From positions 122,328,001 to 122,392,000 of the forward strand of contig CM059432.1 in NCBI GenBank assembly GCA_030390025.1: DNA of 64,000 bases. Reading direction: 5' to 3'. This document shows, one piece after another, positions 36,800-48,163 of the stretch. Position numbers and translations under genes: made by a program. Under the pieces are notes generated by a model. It searched no databases. It worked only from the letters and a program-made list of their open reading frames with translations, and had not been told where the DNA came from. Each line of letters opens with the position of its first letter. Within the stretch, counting starts at the first letter, position 1. The DNA is from Squalus acanthias. Taxonomy: Eukaryota.

Positions 36800-39700
36800 T
36801 CTTGCTGGTACCCATGTGATCCTCCGAGCCCCTTCAGATAATGTCTTGGCCCTCACGAACCGTAAGGGATCCCATTTCTTCACTGGGCAGGTGGTTGGTG
36901 GCAATCCAAACAGGATCATACATGTGATAGCCTACTTCCTGGGGATCAGTCATGACACTTTCATTTTAAGGCAATCCTCTGTCTCTGTCATATTTTACAG
37001 AGAAAGAAGACTCCAAGGATGTACCTTGGCGACCTCGGCCATCCTCTTCATCCCTGTTGCCTGACATAATTGAAACAGCCATGAACAGCAGCTGACCCAA
37101 AATACACATGCAATCAGTATCAAACATAACACAGGCATATTGAAGCAGTGCTTCAGAGGCTTGGTCAGATCAGGGGGCACCTTACAATACTCGGCCCAGC
37201 CAGGGTTCAAAGGTCATTGTAGTTTACTGCATGATGAACAACCTTTCCCCACAGAGAGGCATAAGCCACATACATAAACCACCTTTAGACTATTAAATTC
37301 ACTGGCTGTTTGATTCGTACAGTAGCAAGGGCCCAGTTTGCTGTGCCCTAAAATGTAATCTTAGATTTCTTCTCGGTCATTGCCCACTGGCAGGGGTAAG
37401 TGAGGTAGCTCGTTGCTCAGTGTCAGTAGAAACCTCTTCGGAGTGAGGTGGCTCTCTACCTTCTTGTGTTGGGTCATGAGATGGCCCTGCCCTGTGTGAG
37501 CCATGTCTTATGATGTGGTGTCTGCCTGCTCTCTGCTGTGTCATCTGGGGAGGAGGTATGAGGGGCCAGATGTGTCATCACTCTGAGAGCCTGCTCCAAT
37601 CATGTTCCTGCAGCTGGGCACTCCCTCAGCACGTCCCATGTCCTGTGTGGGAGCCAACCACTGAGCGACATTGATGTCCGAAATAATGGTCCATCCCCAC
37701 AGTAAGTTGAAACAGGACAAGATAGCCACTTGGAAATTGGAACCCACACCCTCTTTGGCAACAATCTGAGCATTCATAAGAGATGCTCTGATTGGTTTGT
37801 GGACCTCTCTCACTAGAATTCCACTGCAGGTGACCCTGGAATTGTCATGTGCTCCATGCTGGACTGCAGTTCTGCAAAATGCTGATGTATCGCTGCACAT
37901 ATGTGTGGTGGACTCCTTTACAGTCCACACCAGACCGTGCTATCCCACTAACATTCTATACAGTGCCATGTTAGCCTTCTTTGATCCGCACTCTGTTGCT
38001 TTTTTATACAACCTAACATTCCATTTGCTTTCTTGACAGCAGACAGACATTGGCTTGATGTCTTAAGAGGCTTATCTATTATGACTCTCTGATCTCTTTC
38101 CTGTCAGTATTTTATGTCAGTATTTTTCCATTAATCCTAAATTCCCCCTGTTTGTTTCATAGTCGTAATGTGCAGTGTGCCACGTTGCTGTGATACACAA
38201 GTACCCGTGTGTTACAGAGTGAGTGACTGGTGAGTGTGGAGAGGAAAAGGAATAAGCAAAAGATGGCACAAGTCTTGATCTTGGCGTAAGTCGTCAGCTT
38301 CACCCTTGCCCACTCCTCTGTGGACACCAGGGCCAGTATTTTCAGGATGTGTTGTTCTGTGTGGTTTAAAGCTTTAAATTCAGCAGGTCTCCTCTGATAC
38401 AATGCCATCCTCTCCTGTTATGTGCATCTTTGTCCTGCAAGCAGATATAAATTGTTGAGATATTCTTTATATTAAGAACACAGATATAGCTATTCAAGTG
38501 CCCATGCTACATCTCGACTTGTGTATGAGTCAATGACCATGCAACATGCAGCCAGCTTTTGTTGGAAGTGAGCTTTTTGGACATAGCTTTCCAAGATTTG
38601 TGTGCAACAATAGCTGGATACTTCAGTGCCAGGTAGGAGGTATGCTCTGCAGTAATATGGATGGGTATGTAAATATGTGCAGAGGTAAATGTTTTCTGGT
38701 ACTTCGCATGCATCTTCAGTCAAGGTGCAGTGAGTTGAGAATAAACTCTTTGTGCCCGGTGCTATGCTTAGTGTAGACAACTACTACCTTAGCAATCATC
38801 TTCACATTTGAAAACGTGTTCCCCGTTTACTCGGATGCCCTATGTACCTGAGAAACAGAGTTTACTCTCTCTGTGTGATCCTATTCTCTTTCTTGTTAGT
38901 GGCTGAACCTCAGAGTGCGGTTCGTGTCCACGCTGCTAAAATCACCGCAACTATGCCTCGCCTGTTTGTGGAAATCAAAGACTACAGCAAGAAGGGATGC
39001 AAAATCTGTGAAAATTAAGAAGACAAGGAGAGTGTAAAGTGCAAGGTAAGGTACCTATACACACTAGTCATCACAGACAAAGAGAAAGCTAGAGAAAATC
39101 AAACAGTTCCTGCCTCCAGCTTTGACTGTCAAAGAGCCAAAGTAAGAAACTGAAATCTGGAGATGTTATTCAGATTTTATTGAAATAAAGAAAACTAAGT
39201 TCCAGAAAGAGTTTTCTGTAAAAATAAAATCAGTCCGTTGAAAATTCATAGAACCCACCTTTAAATCACAGCAAATCTTTGAGAACTGCTGCTGAGGCAC
39301 AAGTTTCCACAGACCCCACCACTCCCACCCCCTGCTCACCCCCCACCCCGCTCACCACCCCGCTAACCCCGCCCCGCTCACCATCCCCCACACCCCCACC
39401 CCACACAACCCCCCCACTCACACTCCACCACCGCTCACCCCCCCGCTCAACCCCCACCCCACTCACCATCCCCCGCACTCCCATCCCCCGCTCACCCCCC
39501 ACCCCGCTCACCACCCCGCTAACCCCGCCCCGCTCACCCCCCACCCCACTCACCATCCCCCGCACTCCCACCCCCCGCTCACCCCCCACCCCGCTCACCA
39601 CCCCGCTAACCCCGCCCCGCTCACCATCCCCCACCCCACACAACCCCCCCACACAATCCCGCCACTCACACTCCACCACTGCTCACCCCCCCTCACACTC

Positions 39701-40450
39701 CACCCCGCTAACCCCGCCCCACTCACCATCCCCCACACCCCCCCCACACAATCCCCCCACTCACACTCCACCACTGCTCACTCCCCCCGCTCACCATCCC
39801 CCACACCCCCACCCCACACAACCACTCATTCCCGCCACTCACACTCCACCATCGCTAACCCCGCCCCACTCACCTCCCTCCACCTCCCTCACCCCTCCCC
39901 ACTCACCCCCCACTCACCCCCCTCACCCCCTCACTCACCCCCCCTCACTCACCCCCCCCACTCACCCCCCTACTCACTCCCCCCACTCACCCCCCCACTC
40001 CCCATCTTCCCCCCCACTCACCCCCCCTCACCCCCCCACTCCCCACCCCCCATCTCCCTCCCCACACACCCCCCGCACTCACCCCCCCCCACTCCCCCCC
40101 CACCTCACCCCCCACACACTCCTCTCACCCCCCCACTCCCCATCTCCCTCCCCACCCCCCATCTCCCTCCCCACACACACCCCCCACTCACCCCACCCCA
40201 CTCCCCCCCCACTCACTCCCCCCCACCCCCCACCAAAAAAAAAGCTGCACTTCTTCCATCAGCACCTCCAAAGCTACATCCGAAAATAGAGGCGCTCCTC
40301 AACTTTAGCCAGGTGTGCTTTTTATTCTGCCGAGCAATAATGAAGCAGCCCCTTTAAATATCAGCTGCCTTCTTTAAGAGATGCAGCTGTAAGCTATTCC
40401 ACTTTACTGCTCCACGGTGTTGCCGCTTTAGGCTCCATATTTTACAATCA
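36800..40450. mobile_element. Old, highly decayed Harbinger (convergent transposase and Myb remnants)
   Basis: Plus strand NRKGSH..QVV...GISHDTFILRQS (36816-37064). Minus strand Myb exon-1 start APLFSDVALEVLMEEVQ (about 40245-40297) and exon-2-like DKDAHNRR (about 38410-38435). Confidence 0.6.
39312..40235. repeat. C-rich degenerate tandem repeat
   Basis: Units such as CCCCGCTCACCCCCCACCCCGCTCACCACCCCGCTAACCCCGC, decaying into (CCCCACTCAC)-like sequence. Confidence 0.9.
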
Positions 40451-40577
40451 TCCATAATATTCTGAATGTGGCCTCTCCTTATGGCTTTGTTGAATGAGAT
40501 TGCCACTTAGTGGTGTCTCTTGGTAAATTGCAGGCGGTTTTTGCACTGTGGTTCCAAATACATTGGGAATCAGATCA

Positions 40578-40784
40578 AAACAGAAAATGCTGGAAATACT
40601 CATCAGGTCAGGCAGCATCTGCAGAGAGAGAAACAGCGTTAACGTTTCAGGTCAATGACTGTTGGTCCTCAAACGTTAACTCTGTTTCTCTCTCCACGGA
40701 TGCTGCCTGACCTGCTGAGTATTTCCAGCATTTTCTGTTTTTATTTCAGATTCCCAGCATCCGCATTATTTTGCTTTTGTATTA
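40578..40784. mobile_element. Penelope pLTR head-to-head inverted pair with 13-bp TSD
   Basis: AAAACAGAAAATGCTGGAAATACTCA..GGCAGCATC / GATGCTGCCTGACCTGCTGAGTATTTCCAGCATTTTCTGTTTT, flanked by GGGAATCAGATCA at 40565-40577 and 40785-40797. Confidence 0.75.
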
Positions 40785-40881
40785 GGGAATCAGATCATAG
40801 CAGCTCAAACTCATCTCATGTAGGATGTTCACTCTCAAGCCATGAGAATTTCCATTTCAGTCAGTCTAAAACCTGCCAATA

Positions 40882-43800
40882 GGAACGGTAGCATAGTGGT
40901 TATGTTACTGGGCTAATAATCCAGAGGCCTGGACTAACAATCTGCGTAAACGTGAGTTCAAATCCCACCACGGCAGCTGGGGAATTTAAATTCAGTTAAT
41001 TAAATAAATCTCGAATAAAAAGCTAGTATCAGTAATGATAACCATGAAACTAACAGATAGTCATAAAAACCCATTTGGTTCACTAATGTCCTTTAGAGAA
41101 GGAAATCTGCCGTCCTGACCTGGTCTGGCCTATATGTGACTCCAGATCCACAGCAATGTGGTTGACTCTTAACTGCCCTCTGAAATGGCCTAGCAAGCCA
41201 CTCAGTTGTACACAACTGCTACGAAAAACAATAAGAATAAAACCGGACAGACCACCCGACATTGAACTCGACACCGGCCACGGACACGACAACGGCACAC
41301 CCAGCCCCAGCCTAGTCGACCCTGCAAAGTCCTCCTCACCAACATCTGGGGACTTGTGCCAAAATTGGGAGAGCTGTCCCACAGACTAGTCAAGCAACAG
41401 CCTGACAGAATCATACCTTTCAGCCAATGTCCCAAACTCCTCCATCACCATCCCTGGGTATGTTCTGTCCCACCAGGCGTGGTGGCACAGTGGGATACAG
41501 TCGGGAAGGAGTGGCCCTGGGAGTCCTCAACATTGACTCCGGACCCCATGAAGTCTCATGGCTTCAGGTCAAACATGGGCAAGGAAACCTCCTGCTGATT
41601 ACCACCTACCACCCTCCCTCAGCTGATGAATCAGTACTCCTCCATATTGAACACCACTTGAAAGAAGCACTGAGAGTAGCAAGGGAATAGAATGTACTCT
41701 GGGTGGGGGACTTCAATGTCCATCACCAAGAATGGCTCGGTAGCACCACAGCTGGCCGAGTACTGAAGGACATAGCTCCAGTCTGGGCCTGCGACAGGTG
41801 GTGAGAGAACCAACATGAGGGAAAAACCTACTTGACTTCGTCCTCACCAATCTACCTGCCGCAGATGCATCTGTCCATGACAGCATTGGTAGCAGTGACC
41901 ACCGCACAGTCATTGTGGAGATGAAGTCCCGTCTTTGCACTGAGGACACCCTCCATCGTGTTGTGTGGCACTATCACCGTGCTAAATGGGATAGATTCAG
42001 AACAGATCTAGCAGCTCAAAACTGGGCATCCATGAGGCGCTGTGGGCCATCAGCAGCAGCAGAATTGTATTCCACCACAATCTGTAACCTCATGGCCCAG
42101 CATATCCCTCACTCTACCATTACCATCAAGCCAGGGGACCAACTCTGGTTCAATAAGGAGTGTAGAAGAACATGCCAGAAGCAGCACCAGGCGTACCTAA
42201 AAATGCAGTGCCAACCTGGGGAAGCTGCAACACTGGACTACATGCATGCTAAACAGCGGAAGCAGCATGCTATAGACAGAGCTAAGCAATCCCACAATCA
42301 ATGGATCAGATCAAAGCTCTGTAGTCCAGCCACATCCAGTTGTGAATGATGGTGGACCATTAAACAACTAACGGAAGGAGGAGGCTCCATGAATATACCC
42401 ATCCTCAATGATGGTGGAGCTCAGCACGTGAGTGCAAAAGACAAGGCTGAAGCGTTTGCAACCATCTTCAGCCAGAAGTGCCGCGTGGATGATCCATATC
42501 GGCCTACTCCCGAGGTCCCCACCACCACATAAGCCAGTCTTCAGCCAATTCGATTCATTCCACGTGATATCAAGAAATGGCTGAGCGCCCTGGATACAGC
42601 AAAGGCTATGGGCCCCAACAACATCCCGGCTGTCATGCTGAAGACTTGTGCTCCAGAACTAGCCACGCCTCTAGCCAAGCTGTACCAGTACAGCTACAAC
42701 ACTGGCATCTATCTGACAATGTGCAAAACTGCCCAGGTATGTCCTGTCCACAAAAAGCAGGACAAATCCAATCCAGCCAATTACTGCCCACTATCTATTC
42801 AGTCTATTCTCAATCATCAGCAAAGTGATGGAAGGTGTCGTCGACAGTGCTATCAAGCGGCACTTACTCACCAATAACCTGCTCACTGATGCCCAGTTTC
42901 GGTGGCTCCCGACCTCATAACAGCCGTGGTCCAAACATGGACAAAGGAGCTCAATTTCAGATGTGAGGTGAGAGTGTCTGCCCTTGACATCAAGGCAGCA
43001 TTTGACCGAGTGTGGCATCAAGGAGCCCTAGTAAAACTGAAGTCAATGGGAATCGGAGGGAAAACTCTCCATTGGCTGGAGTCATACCTAGCATAAAGGA
43101 AGATGGTTGTGGTGGTTGGAGGTCAATCATCACAGCCCCAGGACATCGCTGCAGGTGTTCCTCAGGGCAGTGTCCTAGGCCCAACCATCTTCAGCTGCTT
43201 CATCAATGACCTTCCCTCCAACATAAGGTCAGAAGTGGGGATGTTCGCTGATGAATGCACAGTGTTCAGTGCCATTCACAACTCCTCAGATAATGAAGCA
43301 GTCCATGCCCGCATGCAGCAAGAACTGGACGACATTCAGGCTTGGGCTGATAAGTGGCAGGTAACATTCGCACCACACAAGTGCCAGGCAATGACTATCT
43401 CCAACAAGCGAGCGTCTAACCACCGCCACTTGACATTCAATGGCATTACCATCACCGAATCCTCCACCATCAATATCCTGGGGGTCACCATTGACCAGAA
43501 ACTTAACTGGACCAGCCACATAAATACTGTGGCAACAAGAGCAGGTCAGAGGCTGGGTATTCTGTAGCGAGTGTCTCACCTTCTGACTCCCCAAAGACTT
43601 TCCACCATCTACAAGGCACAAGTCAGGAGTGTGATGGAATACTCTCCACTTGCGTGGATGTGTGCAGCTCCAACAACACTCAAGATGCTCGACACCATCC
43701 AGGACAAAGCAGACCGCTTGATTGGCACCCCATCCACCACCTTAAACATTCACTCCCTCCACCACCGGCGTACCGTGGCTGCAGTGTGTACCATCTACAA

Positions 43801-44139
43801 GATGCACTGCAGCAGCTCACCAAGGCATCTTCGGCATCACCTCCCAAACCCGCGACCTCTTCCACCTAGAAGGACAAGGGCAGCAGGCGCATTGGAACAC
43901 CATCACCTCCAAGTTCCCCTCCAAGTCACACACCATCCTGACTTGGAAATATATCGCCATTCTTTCATTGTCGCTGGGTCAAAATCCTGGAACTGCCTCC
44001 CTAACAGCACTGTGGGAGTACCTTCACCAAACGGACTGCAGCAGTTCAAGAAGACGGCTCACCACCACCTTCTCAAGGGCAACTAGGGATGGGCAATAAA
44101 TGCTGGACTTGCCCACATCCGTGAATGAATTAAAAAAAA
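40882..44139 (+). mobile_element. Second full-length tRNA-headed single-ORF LINE
   Basis: Same 5' start (GGAACGGTAGCATAGTGG), box B GAGTTCAAATCCC, APE start PCKVLLTNIWGLVPK, RT, tail and poly(A). Multiple stops and small deletions. Confidence 0.95.
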
Positions 44140-45864
44140 TAGAAAAATAGACTGACTGGCATTGACTATGCCAAAAGAGAAAAAAGTCCAGGCTTCTATG
44201 TTTTGTACGGAGGGGGAAAGTCTCTGTTTTGCTGATTAATATGTGTGTGCATCTGGATCTCCAAGTGATGTGTGAAGATAGAAAAATATGTGCTGCTATG
44301 AATTACAATTGAAAGTTGATAATCAGACAGCCCACTGGAAATTAAATGATTCCATATATCAAGTTATCGCCATTAAAAAAATCTATCAGCGCTGTCTTCC
44401 ACTGATGTATGAAACTCTTTCCTAAATTAGTCATTTCCAACAAGGCATATGCCACTTCCAGCAACTCTGTTAATGAGAATGCTCAGTTAAAAGAATATTT
44501 GCTCAGATGCCAATTAATTCCTCATATATTCAATTGTGTTTACTGAAGAAGAACAATTGGCTAAATGGTGTTTTTCACTTACTATTAAGAGACTTCAACT
44601 GCAGTAAGGAGTAGTTATTTAAATGCAGAGGTTCAATGAAGCATCCAGGTATTGTCCCAAGAGCTCTCGGTTCTAATGTCAGGCCCTTGGCTGAATGCTG
44701 CCCATGGCGATGTTAACATTGAAGAGCACTGGAAGCGGCAAGGACACTGTGGTAGATGAATAAAAAGAGGCGAAAAAAGGTTAGATTTTATTACATCTGA
44801 CGCGAAGTAAATTATTAATATAATAAAAATATCGCAAGGTGTCAAAACAACGTTTGTTAGCAGTGGTGAAGAAGAGGTTGGCAAACCTTTGTATGGGCTA
44901 CTGAACTTTCAAAAATGTGTTTGTACATAAATGATTGATGAGAGGAGGCATCACAATATATATGTGGAAAGGTCAAAGCAGTAATATATTATAGCATCAT
45001 AAAAGCCTCTGCACAATCTTGTATACTAATTGGTTGTCTCTCTCAGCTCTCCTGACATTAACCCTACGACAGTCAGCACGAAAGCAAGTGGCTGAGGTCT
45101 TTTATATTTGTGGATCATGATTCCTTTAAGGTAGTTTAGGCTGTGGGATACGGGGAGAACGGCTTGAACGACCATCTTGTGAGATTGATTTGAACACATT
45201 GTTATTTTGCATCGTGTATTTATATGCAGTCGAGTAATTTTTGTTCAATATGTAAAAGCATGAGCTGGATTAGAATACGTGCCTCCATCCACAACATTAC
45301 TTGTTTGGTAATATAAACTAGCAATGTACCGAAGCTGTTCTTAATATGTGTACGTGGGGCATCCGACAATCTTCTCCACAGTTTATTATCAAGGATTCAA
45401 AAAAATGATACACCATAAAATAAGAAAGAAATTAAGTGTAAAAAAATCAGATCCTCAATGAAGGTCAACTTGCACGTTTTACTTTAATCAGTAATTATAA
45501 CTTCTTCCCATTATATTTTGTAAAAAGTATGCACAAAAAATAGAGGTCTTCATTTAAAGGGCATGTAGCAGATCCTTATTTGAATCCCAATGTTAGAAAG
45601 AATGAAAAAAATATTTAATTCAGAATCAGGTAAATTTCAAACACAGAAGAATGGCACAGATTAACTGATCAGTTCAGAAACTGAACTGTTTAATCTTCAA
45701 TTGAAACCAGTTAAACTTGGCTCTGAGGAAAAGTATATTTAACTCTAACTAAAAGCAGATTAGAAAACTGGGCACCTGAGGGGTAACTTGCTGATACTGT
45801 CAGTAAACATTTTGCACTATATGCAACAGTAATTCAATTGGCCACTGTAGAGAATCCTTTTACA

Positions 45865-47498
45865 TTTTTTTTTATTCGTTAATGGGATCTGGGCATCGCT
45901 GGCAAGGCCAGCATTTATTGTCCATCCCTAGTTGCCCTTGAGAAGGTGGTAGTGAGCTGCCTTCTTGAACCGCTGCAGTCCGTGTGGTAAAGGTACTCCC
46001 ACAGTGCTGTTAGGGAGGGAGTTCCAGGAATTTGACCCAGCGATGATGAAGGAATGGCGATATATTTCCAAGTCAGGATGGTGTGTGACTTGGAGGGGAA
46101 CTTGGAGGTGATGGTGTTCCCATGCGCCTGCTGCCTTTGTCCTTCTAGGTGGAAGAGGTCGCGGGTTTGGGAGGTGCTGCCGAAGAAGCCTTGGTGAGTT
46201 GCTGCAGTGCATCTTGTAGATGGCACACACTGCAGCCACGGTGCGCCAGTGGTGGAGGGAGTGAATGTTTAAGGTGGTGGATGGGGTGCCAATCAAGCAG
46301 GCTGCTTTGTCTTGGATGGTGTCGAGCTTCTTGAGTGTTGTTGGAGCTGCACTCGTCCATGCAAGTGGAGAGTATTCCATCACACTCCTTAATTGTGCCT
46401 TGTAGATGGAGGAAAGGCTTTGGGGAGTGAGGAGGTGAGACACTCGCCGCAGAATACCCAGCCTCTGACCTGCTCTTGTTGCCACAGTATTTATATGGCT
46501 GGTCCAGTGATGAACCCCAGGATATTGATGGTGAGGGATTCGGCGATAGTAATGCCGTTGAATGTCAAGGAGCGGTGGTTAGATGCTCACTTGTTGGAGA
46601 TAGTCATTGCCTGGCACTTGTGTGGCATGAATGTTACCTGCCACTTATCAGCCCAAGCCTGAAGGTCATCTAGGTCTTGCTGCATGTGGGCATGGACTGC
46701 TTCATTATCTGAGGAGTTGCGAATAGGAGTGAACACTGTGCAGTCATCAGCGAACATCCCCACTTCTGACCTTATGATGGAGGGAAGATCATTGATGACG
46801 CAGCTGAAGATGATTGGGCCTAGGACACTGCCCTGAGGAACTCCTGTAGCGATGTCCTGGGGCTGTGATGATTGACCTCCAACCACCACAACCATCTTCC
46901 TTTGTACTAGGTATGACTCCAGCTAGTGGAAAATTTTCCCCCGATTCCCATTGACTTCAGTTTTACTAGGGCTCCTTGATGCCACACTTGGTCAAATGCT
47001 GCCTTGATGTCAAGGGCAGTCACTCTCACCTCACGTTTGGAATTCAGCTCTTTTGTCCATGTTTGTACCAAGGCTGTAATGAGGTCTGGAGCCGAGTGGT
47101 CCTGGCGGAACCCAAACTAGGCATTAGTGAGCAGGTTATTGGTGAGTTACTGCTGATTGATAGCACTGTCGATGACACCTTCCATCACTTTGCTGATGAT
47201 TGAGAGTAGACCGATGGGGTGGTAACTGGCCGGATTGGATTTGTCCAGCTTTTTGTGGACAGGACATACATGGGCAGTTTTCCACATTGTCGGATAGATG
47301 CCAGTGTTATAGCTGTACTGGAACAGTTTGACTGGAAGCGTGGCTAGTTCTGGAGCACAAGTCTTCAGTATGATAGCCGGGATCTTGTTGGGGCCCATAG
47401 CCTTTGCTGTATCCAGTGCACTCAGCCGTTTCTTGATATCACGTGGAGTGATCGATTTGGCTAAAGACTGGCTTCTGTGGTGGTGGGGACCTCAGGAG
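45865..47498 (-). mobile_element. 5'-truncated copy of the same LINE
   Basis: ORFs 47147-47398, 46587-46895 (MFADDC intact) and 45928-46485 on the minus strand; poly(T) at 45865. Confidence 0.92.
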
Positions 47499-48062
47499 TC
47501 AATGTGCACATGCATCTGCCTCCAAATTACTAGTCACTTACTGATTTAAACCTATTTCTGGCTCGCTTTTGTGTACATAAACTGGAATTGTGCCTGAGGG
47601 CGGCAGAAGAAATAGGCTCACCTCGTGTAAGAAGGTTAAAATACCAGTTTTGGAATTGAAGAAAGAAAATAACAATCGTTGAAGCATTACTCATGGGGGC
47701 TTGGGTTATGCAAGTAAGTAGCAGTGCGGTAAGGTAGCACTAATGGCGAGATAGGGTCAAGGGGAATTCATTGCTGCCCAATCAGTGTTTTATCAAAACA
47801 GCTAAGGTAAAGAATGCAACATTCCAAAGTATCTATTAAACATATTTCCTACCTTATACGTTCTTCATTAGTTGCCTTCCTTGAAAATGGCAACTGTAAA
47901 TAAAACTTTTCGTATCTATAGAATATTTTTAAAAATTACATCCGCTCATTACTTTGTCACATTTTTGTTACACTTTTAAGTCAACTTTTTCCATCTTAAA
48001 TCCCTATGTCCATGTTTCTAATGGAAATTATCCATGTAAACTTGTCATGCTATAATGTTGTA

Positions 48063-48163
48063 ATGTTTCCCACACTTCAAAAGTACTTCATTGGCTGTAA
48101 AGCGCTTTGAGACGTCCGGTGGTCGTGAAAGGCGCTGTATAAATGCAAGTCTTTCTTTCTTTT
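48063..48163 (+). mobile_element. 3' tail of a Deu-type (SacSINE1-like) SINE
   Basis: CACTTCAAAAGTACTTCATTGGCTGTAAAGCGCTTTG...GGCGCTGTATAAATGCAAGTCTTTCTTT. A longer inverted copy lies at 62165-62378. Family name from memory. Confidence 0.6.

Noticed and set aside
38900..39045. Exon-like segment with a good acceptor and AAG|GTAAGG donor
   Set aside because: Stops in all three frames and no recognisable protein. Could be non-coding, but unsupported.
39279..40289. 336-aa Pro/Thr/His-rich ORF
   Set aside because: Product of the C-rich repeat, which lacks stop codons by composition. Non-ATG start and no domain.
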